Shown: positions 10,411-21,108 of the stretch, piece after piece
Layout: each line of letters starts with the position of its first letter
Numbering within the stretch: position 1 is the first letter of the stretch
NCBI GenBank assembly: GCA_938082345.1
Contig: CALLKZ010000019.1
Span: 1,538-65,537 of the forward strand
From: an uncultured Alphaproteobacteria bacterium
GTDB lineage: Bacteria > Pseudomonadota > Alphaproteobacteria > Puniceispirillales > Puniceispirillaceae
Direction: 5' to 3'
DNA: 64,000 bases
Notes under the pieces: model-generated
The model's input: only the letters and a program-made list of their open reading frames with translations
Told to the model about the DNA's origin: nothing
Databases searched by the model: none
Made by a program: the position numbers and the translations under genes

Positions 10411-11589
10411 TCACTCTATCGCCGCCACCAACGCATCGGCAAGATCGGTAGCCTCCCAGCTGAATGATCCGGGACCAGCCTCACCCGCTATTCGGCCAAA
10501 ATGACCATAAGCGGCAGTAGCTGCATAAATCGGATTATTCAGACCAAGATGTTTACGGATATTACCCGGGGTCAGCGGCATAAGTGTTGTCAACGCGGCC
10601 TCTAGCATCTTGTCGCCAACCTTGCCCGTGCCATGCGTATTAGCATAAACCGAAACCGGCTCGGCCACACCGATCGCATAGGCAATCTGGATAGTGCACC
10701 GATCCGCAAGACCAGAGGCGATGACATTCTTTGCCAGATAGCGCGCGGCATAGGCGGCGGACCGGTCAACTTTTGTCGGGTCTTTACCAGAAAAAGCGCC
10801 GCCACCATGCGGGGCCGCACCACCATAAGTATCAACAATGATTTTGCGTCCTGTCAGACCGGCATCGCCATCAGGCCCACCAATGACAAAATTGCCAGTC
10901 GGGTTCACCAACAGATCATCCGCGCCAACCATCCATCCCTCAGGCAGAATATCAGCAATAACTGGGGTTACCAGATTGCGAATATCGGACTGCGTGGCAC
11001 CTTGGGCATGTTGGGTTGAAAGAACAACCTTATGCGCCCCGGTTGGATTGCCGTTATCATCATAGACAAGCGTGATCTGGCTTTTCGAGTCCGGGCCAAG
11101 AATGGAATCAGCGTCCGCTTTACGGATGGCCGCAAGTCGCTGTAGAATCTGATGCGAGTAGTGGATCGCCGCCGGCATCAACACATCAGTTTCGCGGCAG
11201 GCAAAACCGAACATAAGTCCCTGATCGCCTGCGCCTTCTTCCTTTTTGTCATCGCCATCCACACCCATGGCAATGTCGGTTGACTGTTCATGCAGGTAAT
11301 TCTGAAATTCAAAATGCGCATGATGGAATTTTTCCTGCTCATAACCAATATCGGCTACGGCAGCGCGCACCGCGCTTTCGATTGACTCCATAATTCCCGG
11401 CATCATGTCTTTGGGCGCACGAACTTCGCCGCCGATAATCACGCGGTTCGTTGTAGCAAAAGTCTCACAAGCAACACGGGATTCAGCATGATTTGAGAGA
11501 AACAGATCAAGCACGGTGTCTGAAATACGGTCACAGACCTTATCCGGATGGCCTTCCGACACTGATTCTGAGGTGAAAAGATAGGGCAT
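10411..11589 (-). CDS. metK: S-adenosylmethionine synthetase
   Basis: [55 protein letters not shown]. Confidence 0.98.
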   Translation of the reverse strand: MPYLFTSESVSEGHPDKVCDRISDTVLDLFLSNHAESRVACETFATTNRVIIGGEVRAPKDMMPGIMESIESAVRAAVADIGYEQEKFHHAHFEFQNYLHEQSTDIAMGVDGDDKKEEGAGDQGLMFGFACRETDVLMPAAIHYSHQILQRLAAIRKADADSILGPDSKSQITLVYDDNGNPTGAHKVVLSTQHAQGATQSDIRNLVTPVIADILPEGWMVGADDLLVNPTGNFVIGGPDGDAGLTGRKIIVDTYGGAAPHGGGAFSGKDPTKVDRSAAYAARYLAKNVIASGLADRCTIQIAYAIGVAEPVSVYANTHGTGKVGDKMLEAALTTLMPLTPGNIRKHLGLNNPIYAATAAYGHFGRIAGEAGPGSFSWEATDLADALVAAIE

Positions 11590-13128
11590 TTAATCCTCCA
11601 ACAAAGCGCGCTTCTTCTGCCTCAATACGAATCTCCGGTCAAGGCTGACGATCATTATCAACATAAAGAACAAAATTAAAATCAAAATTAACTGTCGTAA
11701 TTCAGCATAGATCGTCACCTCCAGCGGCGGCGGTATGTCAACATCAATAAACCCCTGCTCGCCAAGACCAATCATCGCTAGCTGGCGCCCGGCTCCATCA
11801 AAAGCAGCACTCACACCGGTATTTGCAACCCTGACCATCGGAATACCTTCTTCAACTGCCCGCATTCGCGCTTGTGCCAAATGCTGCCAAGGGCCGGGGC
11901 TGTCCCCAAACCAGCCATCATTGGTAATGTTAACCAGTATGTCGGGGCGCGGACCGGGACCGGCGGCAACCCCCGGAAAAATGGCCTCATAGCAAATCAA
12001 CATCTGGATCCTGCCATAACCCGAAACCGAAAAAATGGCGTTTTTGGCACCCGCAGAAAAATCCGTTGGTCCGGCGATAATATCGGCAAAAGGCAGAAAA
12101 TCGCGAAAGGGAACAAACTCCCCAAAAGGCACAAGGCGGCGCTTGTCATAAAGCATTTCAATCTTGCCGTTTGCGCGGATCAGCGCGGCAGAATTGAAAA
12201 GCCGCGATTGGGAATCCAGCCTCGGAACGCCGGAAATCAGCCACCCGTCAAAAGGAAGCGTTGACCATACCGTCTCGCTTAACAAATCGGCTTCGTCGTT
12301 CAAAAGTCCGGCAAAAGCTGATTCGGGCCAAATGACCAATTGTGGCACCGGCATGCTATCCCGCGACAATGATTGCAATGTTGCCAGATGCTCTGGGCGG
12401 CGTTGTTTATTCCATTTTTCATCCTGTGCAACCATAGGCTGAACCAGCCGCACCCATTTCGGCCTATTGGCCTCCGATGCACCTTCGGATGCTGGCAGAT
12501 CCGTCAACCGGATATGTCCAGCAACCGCCATCAACGGCAGCATAAGTAAGATCATCGCAGCAGATTTGCGCCATCCGACCACCCAGAAAGCCGGAACAAG
12601 GGCAAATGCCAGCGCCACCAAGGTCAGCCCAAATAGCCCCAGAACACTGGCGGATTGAAGAAGAGAGATATGCGCAGAAAATAGATATCCCGGCGCGTTC
12701 CAAGGAAAACCGGTGGCGATATATCCGCGACCCCATTCGCACAGGGTCAACAAACCCAAAAACCATACAAGCCGGCTAGCAGGATAAACACCAAAACGGC
12801 GCGCCAGCAGCGCGGCCGGAATCCAGAACAGCATTAACAGCGCAGGAATTCCAAAAACAGCAAAAGGTAAAACCGGCCAATACCCTTCGTTACTGGCAAA
12901 TAGCGAAAGCGAAATCCACCAAGTTGACGCCAGAAACCAGCCGAAACCAGCCGCCGCACCGATGCGGGCAGCTGACAGGGATGAGCGGGCGCGGGCAATG
13001 CCTAGCGCCGGCCATGATAAAGCGGCAATCAACGGCACTAGCCCAAATGGCGGCAAGCACAAGGAGGCGACCATTCCCGCCAATACATGTCCCGACAATT
13101 GCCAAATTGCCGGTTTATTTATCGACAT
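11590..13128 (-). CDS. lnt: Apolipoprotein N-acyltransferase
   Basis: Multiple TM segments, then WPES, YDKRRLVPFGE, LICYE and NITNDGWFG. Confidence 0.95.
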   Translation of the reverse strand: MSINKPAIWQLSGHVLAGMVASLCLPPFGLVPLIAALSWPALGIARARSSLSAARIGAAAGFGWFLASTWWISLSLFASNEGYWPVLPFAVFGIPALLMLFWIPAALLARRFGVYPASRLVWFLGLLTLCEWGRGYIATGFPWNAPGYLFSAHISLLQSASVLGLFGLTLVALAFALVPAFWVVGWRKSAAMILLMLPLMAVAGHIRLTDLPASEGASEANRPKWVRLVQPMVAQDEKWNKQRRPEHLATLQSLSRDSMPVPQLVIWPESAFAGLLNDEADLLSETVWSTLPFDGWLISGVPRLDSQSRLFNSAALIRANGKIEMLYDKRRLVPFGEFVPFRDFLPFADIIAGPTDFSAGAKNAIFSVSGYGRIQMLICYEAIFPGVAAGPGPRPDILVNITNDGWFGDSPGPWQHLAQARMRAVEEGIPMVRVANTGVSAAFDGAGRQLAMIGLGEQGFIDVDIPPPLEVTIYAELRQLILILILFFMLIMIVSLDRRFVLRQKKRALLED

Positions 13129-13134
13129 AACTAG

Positions 13135-13992
13135 TCACGGGGAAGGAGGTTCACTGGCAGGTTTGACCAATTTGGCAACGCCGTGAATTTTAACAAGCGC
13201 AAGACGGCGCGGATCACCATCGACGACTTCAAACTGCAACCCAGACGGATGACGAACAACCTCACCGCGTCCGGGCACTTGGCCTGCAACCGCACAGACC
13301 AGCCCACCCAACGTATCAATCTCGTCGCGGTCATCATCTTCGAGAAGCCGGCCGGTGACTAGTTCCAACGCTTCGACTTCCAGCCGTGCTTCGGCCAGAA
13401 TCGTTCCATCATCATTGATTGTCATCTGTGGCTGAACCGTCTGATCATGCTCATCTTCAATCTCACCAACGATTTCCTCGACAAGATCTTCAATGGTGAT
13501 CAGACCGTCAACCCCGCCAAATTCATCAACCACAAGTGCCAGGTGGCGACGGCGAAGACGCATTTCATGGAGCAGATCAAGAAGCCTAATCGACGGCGCA
13601 ACAAACAGCGCCGGGCGCAGCATGGTGTCAATATCGGGCGCTTTACCAGCATAAAGATGGGCAAAAACATCCTTGATATGAATGATGCCGGCGATATCGT
13701 CCAGGCTGTCGCGGCGCACCGGAAGGCGGCTATGATTGGCCGCTGTCATCTGCTCAATAATTTCAGAAAAGCTTTCGGCCATGCTGACCGAAATAATGTC
13801 GGCACGCGGGATCATCACATCCGAGGCATTCAAATCGCGAAGCCCCAGAATATTGCGAAGCAGCACCCCCTCATGATGATCAAAACTGGCCTTGTCAGCT
13901 GCAGATACCGCCAACAAAGTTTCTAGCTCTGCCCGACGCGAGGCTGGTTGATACAAAGATGGAAATATCTTGCCGAGAATCTTGCGAACCAT
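13135..13992 (-). CDS. corC: CorC/HlyC-family CBS-domain Mg/Co efflux protein
   Basis: VMIPRADI, HSRLPV, LVVDEFGGVDGLITIEDLVEEIVGEIEDEHD, C-terminal CorC_HlyC domain; ybeY-corC-lnt synteny. Confidence 0.9.
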   Translation of the reverse strand: MVRKILGKIFPSLYQPASRRAELETLLAVSAADKASFDHHEGVLLRNILGLRDLNASDVMIPRADIISVSMAESFSEIIEQMTAANHSRLPVRRDSLDDIAGIIHIKDVFAHLYAGKAPDIDTMLRPALFVAPSIRLLDLLHEMRLRRRHLALVVDEFGGVDGLITIEDLVEEIVGEIEDEHDQTVQPQMTINDDGTILAEARLEVEALELVTGRLLEDDDRDEIDTLGGLVCAVAGQVPGRGEVVRHPSGLQFEVVDGDPRRLALVKIHGVAKLVKPASEPPSP

Positions 13993-14654
13993 CAGCTGGT
14001 TATCCTTTTTATCGTGCCGTCTGGCCCTAAATTATCATCCGTTGAATTTTTCAAAACAGGAGAAAATTCCGAATAGGGATTCGCGATTCCCAGCGTGGCA
14101 AGAATGGCCGTCTCCAGCTCTTCCATTGCTGCTGCGTCGCTGTCGGTTTCGTGATCAAAGCCAAACAGATGCAACACGCCATGAACCCATAGATGCGTCA
14201 AATGGTTACCCAGCGTTTTTGCCTCAAACTGAGCTTCGGCCATTACGGTTTGCCGCGCAATTGCAACCTCACCAAGGATTTGCACTTCAGCAGTTGAGTT
14301 GGTCTCGCCACCTTCAGGACCACCCCCATCTTCAAAGCCAAAAGCAGGAAAGGACAGCACGTTTGTCGCGGAGTCCTTTCCGCGGAATTGTTGATTTAAG
14401 AGGTGAATGCGCGCATCGTCGCCAAGCAAACAGCCAACCTGCACCGCTGCTTCTTCCAGCATTTCACAAATAACGTCGGTAGCAGCGCAAAAGCGTACCT
14501 TTGCAAGATCAATATCAGCGCGCGGCCAGCACGCTGTATCGATCATCATTTCCAGATGGTTTCCGCCATCGCTTTGCCAAACCTCAGATACATAGGTATC
14601 GGGCGTAAAGGCAGCCATGTCCAAACTGTCGGGCTCCAGGGGCATATCACTCAT
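13992..14654 (-). CDS. ybeY: rRNA maturation endoribonuclease YbeY (start uncertain, 14654-14672)
   Basis: LNQQFRGKDSATNVLSFP and the HGVLHLFGFDH zinc-binding motif. Confidence 0.95.
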   Translation of the reverse strand: MSDMPLEPDSLDMAAFTPDTYVSEVWQSDGGNHLEMMIDTACWPRADIDLAKVRFCAATDVICEMLEEAAVQVGCLLGDDARIHLLNQQFRGKDSATNVLSFPAFGFEDGGGPEGGETNSTAEVQILGEVAIARQTVMAEAQFEAKTLGNHLTHLWVHGVLHLFGFDHETDSDAAAMEELETAILATLGIANPYSEFSPVLKNSTDDNLGPDGTIKRITS

Positions 14655-14793
14655 GCCGATAATCTTGCACACTCCATGCAGCTATTCCAGCGATGAGCGG
14701 TGTTAAAACAAACAGGCCGCATCGCCAATAAATTCCATTTGGTACGAAATTGCACCATCTGTCTAGTCGAGTTCTGTCTGGTTAGCTTATCAC

Positions 14794-15738
14794 TCAATTC
14801 GAATCATACGCTTGCAGAATTCGCGCCACAACCGGATGGCGAACAACATCCTTGCCTGACAGATGAATAATGCCCACACCTTCGATATTATCCAGACGCC
14901 CCACTGCATCGGCCAAACCTGATGGCTGGCTGTCGGGAAGATCAATCTGGCTGAGATCGCCGGTGATAACCATCCGCGAATTTTGCCCAAGGCGCGTCAG
15001 CACCATTTTCATTTGTACCGGCGTCGTATTCTGCGCCTCATCAATAATCACATATGATTCGCTGAGAGTGCGCCCCCGCATAAATGCCAGGGGGGCAATT
15101 TCAATTTCGCCGCTAACCAGCATCCGGTCAACCTTATCGGCAGGCATCATGTCATAGAGTGCGTCATAGAGCGGGCGAAGATACGGATCGACCTTTTCCT
15201 TCATATCCCCCGGCAGAAAGCCCAGCCTCTCGCCAGCTTCAACCGCAGGGCGAGACAGGACAATGCGCTCAACTTCCCGTTTTTTCAGCGATTCAACCGC
15301 TTTGGCGACCGCCATATAGGTCTTGCCAGTCCCCGCAGGTCCAAGGCCAAAGACAACCTCATGCGCCCTTAGCAGTTTAGCATAACTTTTCTGGCCAGGC
15401 GTTTTGGCAATGATCTTTTTCTTCCACGTATCCATGCTGTCGCCGTTGGTCGGGCCGCCATCGCTGGATTCAACCCAGCGCAGCGCATCATCGATCATCG
15501 AATTATCGTTCAAAAGATTGTCGCCCTCACCAATCCGGCGATAGATATCTTCTAGCGCGCGGCGGGCCTTTTTAACTGGCGCGGCCAAGCCTGAAATCGT
15601 GATGCTATTGCCAAAGCTATCAAGGGATACGCCAAGTGCTGCTTCAAGCTGTGCAAGATTCTGGCTATGCTCGCCGGTCAGCAACGCCAAGGTACCATTA
15701 TCTTCGAAATCCATCCGGATGGTTGTGGATTTAGTCAT
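14794..15738 (-). CDS. PhoH-family ATPase (YbeZ-like)
   Basis: GPAGTGKT, RPAVEAGERLGFLPGD, APLAFMRGRT, DEAQN. Confidence 0.95.
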   Translation of the reverse strand: MTKSTTIRMDFEDNGTLALLTGEHSQNLAQLEAALGVSLDSFGNSITISGLAAPVKKARRALEDIYRRIGEGDNLLNDNSMIDDALRWVESSDGGPTNGDSMDTWKKKIIAKTPGQKSYAKLLRAHEVVFGLGPAGTGKTYMAVAKAVESLKKREVERIVLSRPAVEAGERLGFLPGDMKEKVDPYLRPLYDALYDMMPADKVDRMLVSGEIEIAPLAFMRGRTLSESYVIIDEAQNTTPVQMKMVLTRLGQNSRMVITGDLSQIDLPDSQPSGLADAVGRLDNIEGVGIIHLSGKDVVRHPVVARILQAYDSN

Positions 15739-15757
15739 ATTTGTGAAACAATCCTAC

Positions 15758-17110
15758 TCATTCAACGTTTCCAACAATACTATTCTGTCGAGCTTCGACA
15801 ATCTGACAGGCTAGAATTTTGCCAATCATTTTATCATTCCCAGCAAGATTCACCGCCTGCATATAAGGGCTGCGACCTGCAACTTGTCCCTCACGGCCAC
15901 CGGCACGCTCAATCAACACATTCATCGTTTGGCCTTCGGTTTTCTTATTGAAGGCATATTGCTGTGCATTTAGCAATTGCTGCAAGGCTTCAAGACGATC
16001 CGATTTCACTTCTTCAGGAACTTGATCAGCAGATGTCGCCGCCGGCGTTCCCGGGCGCGGGCTATATTTAAAGGAATAGGCCGAAGCATAGCCCACCCTG
16101 TCCACCAGCGCCAAAGTATCGGCAAAGTCACGATCACTTTCACCCGGAAAACCAACGATGAAGTCACCCGAAAAGGCAATATCCGGACGTACATCGCGAA
16201 GCTTGTCGATGATTTTCATATATACATCATGTGTATGCCGCCGATTCATCTCCGCCAGAATATGGTTTGATCCGGATTGAACCGGAAGATGAAGATAAGG
16301 CATCAATTGCGGAATATCACGGTGCGCATCAATCAAATCATCTTCCATATCCAATGGATGCGACGTGGTATAACGGATGCGCTCCAGCCCCTCAATTTCG
16401 GCAAGCTGATAAATCAGCCGCGCCAAGCTCCAACTTCCCCCATCGCTGGCTTCGCCATGATAGGCATTCACGTTTTGCCCCAAAAGGGTGATTTCACTGG
16501 TTCCGGACGCCACCAATCGGCCCGCTTCTTCAAGAACGCCTTCAACAGGACGTGAAAATTCGGCGCCCCTAGTATAGGGAACCACACAAAAAGCGCAGAA
16601 TTTATCGCACCCTTCTTGAACACTCAAAAACGCCGCGGGCCCGCGGGGGGCATGTTCACCCGGAAGCTTGTCGAACTTCACCTCTTCGGGAAAATCGGTA
16701 TCAATCACCCGCTGCTTGACACTGGGGTCAATCCGGCTGACCAGTTCGGGGAGACGGTGATAAGTCTGCGGGCCAACAACGATATCAACCCATGGCGCGC
16801 GCCGGGTAATCTCGTCACCTTCGGCTTGAGCCACACATCCGGCAACGGCGATGGTCACATCACGCCCCTGCTGGTCGCGCGCGCGTTCCTTCATCATCCG
16901 CAACCTGCCAAGTTCGGAAAACACCTTCTCGGATGCTTTTTCACGAATGTGGCAGGTGTTCAGAATCACCATATCCGCGCCATCAGCGGTTTGCGTCGGC
17001 GTGTAGCCAAGCGGGGCCAACACGTCGGTCATACGGTCAGAATCATAAACATTCATCTGACAGCCATATGTTTTGATGAAGAGTTTTTTCAAAATGCTCG
17101 CAGCTTTCAT
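15758..17110 (-). CDS. miaB: tRNA-2-methylthio-N6-dimethylallyladenosine synthase
   Basis: [16 protein letters not shown], radical SAM motif [10 protein letters not shown]-terminal TRAM domain. Confidence 0.97.
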   Translation of the reverse strand: MKAASILKKLFIKTYGCQMNVYDSDRMTDVLAPLGYTPTQTADGADMVILNTCHIREKASEKVFSELGRLRMMKERARDQQGRDVTIAVAGCVAQAEGDEITRRAPWVDIVVGPQTYHRLPELVSRIDPSVKQRVIDTDFPEEVKFDKLPGEHAPRGPAAFLSVQEGCDKFCAFCVVPYTRGAEFSRPVEGVLEEAGRLVASGTSEITLLGQNVNAYHGEASDGGSWSLARLIYQLAEIEGLERIRYTTSHPLDMEDDLIDAHRDIPQLMPYLHLPVQSGSNHILAEMNRRHTHDVYMKIIDKLRDVRPDIAFSGDFIVGFPGESDRDFADTLALVDRVGYASAYSFKYSPRPGTPAATSADQVPEEVKSDRLEALQQLLNAQQYAFNKKTEGQTMNVLIERAGGREGQVAGRSPYMQAVNLAGNDKMIGKILACQIVEARQNSIVGNVE

Positions 17111-17208
17111 TTGTCAAACCTTGAATGCGCCAAGTTCTATGCCGGTCAAGCAAGCGGGTCAAGCTAGCAGGCCTGTTTGATGCGTTATCCAAAGTTCATG
17201 ATACATAG

Positions 17209-17709
17209 TTAAGTATCCGAAAAGGTATCGACAAGATTTTGGCGCATCAAAATTGCATCAACCCGGTCCTCATGATGCCCCTTATTTCTGAGACCCTCAT
17301 TTTGGGGGGCGTAGTATCCGGGCCGCCTGCCGATTTCGACAAATCCTAGGCGCGAATAGAGCCTGCATGCGGTCATATTATCCACCGCAACTTCCAGAAT
17401 GATTTCTTCCACACCGGCTGCAGCCAGATTTTGTGCGGCAGCCTGCATAAGCGCCGCACCGCGCCCCGCACCCTGAAACTCAGGCACGGTTCCAATCGAT
17501 ATCAGATCCGCACTTGGTCCGGCATTCAAAAACAATACATAGCTTTGGAGCGATGATAGGTCTGCATCACCGGTCATCACAAACCCGCAAAAGGCGGGTC
17601 CGTCAAAAAGCCTTTGCAGCGCGTCCAGCTCTAATGGCCGGTTAAACAACCGATCCTCAATAACCGCAATTTCATCCAGATGTGCGGCGCTGATGGCGAC
17701 AATTTTCAT
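17209..17709 (-). CDS. rimI: RimI-like GNAT acetyltransferase
   Basis: LEVAVDN..A..LYSRLGF..IGRRPGYY; tsaB-rimI coupling. Confidence 0.8.
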   Translation of the reverse strand: MKIVAISAAHLDEIAVIEDRLFNRPLELDALQRLFDGPAFCGFVMTGDADLSSLQSYVLFLNAGPSADLISIGTVPEFQGAGRGAALMQAAAQNLAAAGVEEIILEVAVDNMTACRLYSRLGFVEIGRRPGYYAPQNEGLRNKGHHEDRVDAILMRQNLVDTFSDT

Positions 17710-18506
17710 GACTGATTGACTTTAGGCGGACCAAGAAAAACCGGCGCAACATACAACGGAACCAACGCATCGAACCCGGCACCTATATTCAGTCTGTCGG
17801 CCGCCAGCGCGGCAATCTGCGCGGCGTCAATCGCGGGGGTATGCGGCATGGGATAAAGCTCCAGCTCAGGCAGCGCGCGGGTCATTACATCCGCCCCGGG
17901 GCCAATGATCACCGCGCCCTTCCATGATTCGGGCAGAAAAAAATCAGGTGGCTGGGAATCCACGTCAATTTCAATGATTCTGTCAGTATCTGTAACGCCA
18001 TCTTGTGGGCGATAATCTGCGCTGAAAACTTGCGCAAAGAACGATCCGCGGCGGGTATCAGCAGTGGCAATAATCGCCCGCGCCCGAAAACTATCATCCG
18101 AAAATTGCGTCGCGTCTTGGTCAAGGGTACGCCGGACAACAAAAGCGGCTGCTTCCAAACAAGAAAGCCCCATTCCCAGCACTTGGGTCTCTTCAACCCC
18201 ATTTTTTCCGGCGATTCTGCTACCTCCAGCTGCAATACAGAACCCTTTGGCGGCCGCCAGTGCAACACGAATTCCGGTAAAGGATCCGGGTCCGCGCCCC
18301 GCTGCAACATGCGTGATATCTTTGGCCGTTACCCCTGCTTTCGTCAACGCCGCAGTGGCCAGCTCGGTGATAATTGCCGCGTGCCCGTGCCGCGCACTAT
18401 GCACTTCAATCGACATCGCGCCGCCCGATGTTAATACCGCCACCGAGGCCTGATCCGCACTTGCTTCAAAGGCCAAAATGACAAATTCCTGTTTGCTGTC
18501 AGACAT
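17706..18506 (-). CDS. tsaB: tRNA threonylcarbamoyladenosine biosynthesis protein TsaB
   Basis: ILAFEAS, VAAGRGPGSFTGIRVALAAAKG, DTRRG, PLYV. Confidence 0.92.
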   Translation of the reverse strand: MSDSKQEFVILAFEASADQASVAVLTSGGAMSIEVHSARHGHAAIITELATAALTKAGVTAKDITHVAAGRGPGSFTGIRVALAAAKGFCIAAGGSRIAGKNGVEETQVLGMGLSCLEAAAFVVRRTLDQDATQFSDDSFRARAIIATADTRRGSFFAQVFSADYRPQDGVTDTDRIIEIDVDSQPPDFFLPESWKGAVIIGPGADVMTRALPELELYPMPHTPAIDAAQIAALAADRLNIGAGFDALVPLYVAPVFLGPPKVNQS

Positions 18507-18657
18507 AACGGGCCCATTTCTGCAAGATTCAGCAGGAAATTCCTTCCTTGCCGTCTAATTCTAGTTATTCTAGTCCAATTAGACGATTCTAACACTGGTC
18601 GGCAATTGTCTATCACAGTATGATCAATGGACAAGCCGTTGCATGTGAAAAACCCAG

Positions 18658-19827
18658 ATGATTATGAAAAACATTCTTTATCGCCAAAATCTACAGGTCG
18701 GCCTTCGCCAAATTCTATCGGTCGGCCTTGGTAAAATTCTGCAGACTGGCTTTCTGTTAGGCGCATTAACAGGCGCAGCTAGTGGCATAACTGGTGCGGG
18801 CATAACTGGCGCGGGCATAGCTGGTGTGGGCATTTTTGGCGGCATCTTGACCGGTTTTGCAGCAAGCGCCCATGCTGCCGATCATACAGCTGACCATGCT
18901 GTTATATTAATGTATCACCGCTTTGGCGAGAATGATTACCCCACAACCAACGTCCGGCTAGAGCAGTTTGACGATCATCTCGAAGTGCTGGCAAATGGCG
19001 ACTATAACGTGTGGGCGCTGGAAGATATTGTTGATCATTTCCAGAAGGGACTGCCCTTACCGGACCGAACCGTCGCGATCACCATCGATGACGCCTATCT
19101 TTCGGTCTATGAAGAAGCCTTTCCGCGGTTGCAGAAATATAATTTCACCGCAACGGTTTTTGTGGCAACCCGGCCCGTTGATCAGGGGTTGCGGCGGTAT
19201 ATGTCATGGGACCAGCTTCGTGAAATGCAGGCTGCCGGCTTTGATATTGGCAGCCAGACCCAAACCCATCCGCATATGCACCGGCTATCGGATGACGAAA
19301 ACCGCGCCGAGCTAGAAATCTCCAACAAACGCTTTCTTGCCGAGCTTGGCCTTCGTCCCAACCTGTTTGCCTATCCATATGGCGAGTACGATCTGGATGT
19401 GATCAAAATTACGAAAGAGGCTGGTTTCATTGCTGCATTCGGCCAGAATTCAGGGGTAGCGCATGGATATAACGGGTTTTTTGAATTACCCCGCTTTGCC
19501 ATGAACGAGCAGTATGGCAACCGTGACCGGCTGGAACTTGCGATTAACGCACTGCCGTTGAAGGTTAAGCAGATTGTCCCTGAGGACGTTGTTCTGACTG
19601 AAAACCCGCCAGTTTATGGCTTTACCTTGGCCGATGATATGGATCAGGAACGACAATTGCGTTGCTTTAATAACAGGTTTGGCAAGCTGGATGTTTCGAT
19701 CATCGGGCGGCGTGCCGAAATCCGTATGCCCGGACCGCTGACCGGCAAACGCGCCCGTGTGAATTGTACAATGCCGGGTCCCAACGGCCGGTGGCGCTGG
19801 TTTGGGCGGCAGTTTCTCACAGAATAG
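18658..19827 (+). CDS. Exported polysaccharide deacetylase (CE4/NodB family) with extra C-terminal domain
   Basis: ILMYHRFGE, ITIDDAY, GSQTQTHPHM, FAYPYGE; signal peptide ending AHA. Confidence 0.88.
   Translation: MIMKNILYRQNLQVGLRQILSVGLGKILQTGFLLGALTGAASGITGAGITGAGIAGVGIFGGILTGFAASAHAADHTADHAVILMYHRFGENDYPTTNVRLEQFDDHLEVLANGDYNVWALEDIVDHFQKGLPLPDRTVAITIDDAYLSVYEEAFPRLQKYNFTATVFVATRPVDQGLRRYMSWDQLREMQAAGFDIGSQTQTHPHMHRLSDDENRAELEISNKRFLAELGLRPNLFAYPYGEYDLDVIKITKEAGFIAAFGQNSGVAHGYNGFFELPRFAMNEQYGNRDRLELAINALPLKVKQIVPEDVVLTENPPVYGFTLADDMDQERQLRCFNNRFGKLDVSIIGRRAEIRMPGPLTGKRARVNCTMPGPNGRWRWFGRQFLTE
18784..18840 (+). repeat. 15-bp tandem repeat x~4 encoding GITGA/GIAGV in the deacetylase signal peptide
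   Basis: ggcataactggtgcg / ggcataactggcgcg / ggcatagctggtgtg / ggcatttttggc. Confidence 0.85.
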
Positions 19828-19849
19828 ACTTGTTTAAGTTTAGACTGGG

Positions 19850-21067
19850 CTATTGCAGCCGGGCGGTGTCGTATTTGTTAAAGCTATTGATTCGCATCAG
19901 ATCACGAAGCTTATAGACATATTGCATGCCGATCTCGGCATAAGAATCTAAAAACCCGGCCAGCTGGTATCCCATATCTTCGCGCTGGCGGCCCCTTAGA
20001 ATGTAGCGGCGCTCCCGAAATTTCTTATAGCTCGCATGGGTGTTCAGATTGTGCATATAGGCCCGAACTGACCCGAAAAGGTTCGGAAAGCTGCGAACGA
20101 CTGCATTGGAATTCGATGCGTTTAGCGGTCTCAGCCCGGCATCACGCTGCCAGGCCCATTGCCCAAAAAGGGCATTTCCCTTAAGCGCAAACCGCGAAGT
20201 ACCCCACCCAGATTCGATTGCCGCCTGCGACAGAGCCAGCGAAACCGGGATGACATCGGCGCGGCGCAAAAGCTCTTCCTCGATCATAGCGATACTCTTA
20301 TTTTCCGTCTTCACTTTATACAACTTAGCCCAGCGCTCAATCGCACTCCTGTCATCATTTTTCGCGCCACGGATAATGGCGGTGCGCCGCTGTTTGATTT
20401 CATCATTCGCGGCCAGAATTAAGGGCAAGGTCATCGCGATAAAGCTTGCTTTTTGTTCTTTTACCGGAAGATCAACATGCACTTGCGAAATCCGCTTTAC
20501 GAACAGGCGCGAAACAATTATCGGCTCATCCGGCAGATTTTTTGAGGGTGGTACTTTGGCGGCGGGCAGCGTTACCGATGCGAGTTTCGTCGTTGATGAT
20601 GTGTCTTTTTGGACTTTTCCGCGAACTGCTGGCTGTTCAGGCTGCGGTGGTGTTTCCGGCTGATCGACCTTCGACGCCCATTGTTTAGCCTGTGTAGATT
20701 GGTTAAGTTGCTGGTCAGCCCGTGTCGGGGGATTGGCCCGTGTCGGGGGGGTGGCCCGCGTCTGTTGATCAACACTTGCAGGTGGCGTTGGCGTTACCGG
20801 CTTTGCTTCGACGGTATTTGGTACTGCTTTATAACTCGGATCAGTCGCTGTTATCTCCGCCTTAGCCACATCAATTTTGGCCGAATCGGTAACGACTTTT
20901 TCTGGGAGTGTGGATTTAGCTATATCTTCGGGCTCATCATGCGGGGTAATCCATTGCGGCGGGCCGATCCGGAAAATTCCGGGCCCAAGCATGCTAAGCA
21001 CAACCAATACCGCACAAGCGCGCAGCAGGTGTGAGTTATTTAACACAAAACTAACTTGCCGAGCCAC
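19850..21067 (-). CDS. Membrane-anchored glucosaminidase-domain (GH73/Bax-like) protein
   Basis: SLALSQAAIESGWGTSRFA..GNALFGQW, VRAYMHNLNTH, YAEIG..YV; N-terminal TM followed by a P/T/Q-rich linker. Confidence 0.85.
   Translation of the reverse strand: MARQVSFVLNNSHLLRACAVLVVLSMLGPGIFRIGPPQWITPHDEPEDIAKSTLPEKVVTDSAKIDVAKAEITATDPSYKAVPNTVEAKPVTPTPPASVDQQTRATPPTRANPPTRADQQLNQSTQAKQWASKVDQPETPPQPEQPAVRGKVQKDTSSTTKLASVTLPAAKVPPSKNLPDEPIIVSRLFVKRISQVHVDLPVKEQKASFIAMTLPLILAANDEIKQRRTAIIRGAKNDDRSAIERWAKLYKVKTENKSIAMIEEELLRRADVIPVSLALSQAAIESGWGTSRFALKGNALFGQWAWQRDAGLRPLNASNSNAVVRSFPNLFGSVRAYMHNLNTHASYKKFRERRYILRGRQREDMGYQLAGFLDSYAEIGMQYVYKLRDLMRINSFNKYDTARLQ
20718..20764. repeat. 18-bp tandem repeat (TRATPP/TRANPP) in the glucosaminidase linker
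   Basis: gcccgtgtcgggggattg / gcccgtgtcgggggggtg / gcccgcgtctg. Confidence 0.8.
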
Positions 21068-21108
21068 GACGCATCCAAATCAAAAAATTATGTAGAGAGC
21101 GTTTCCGA

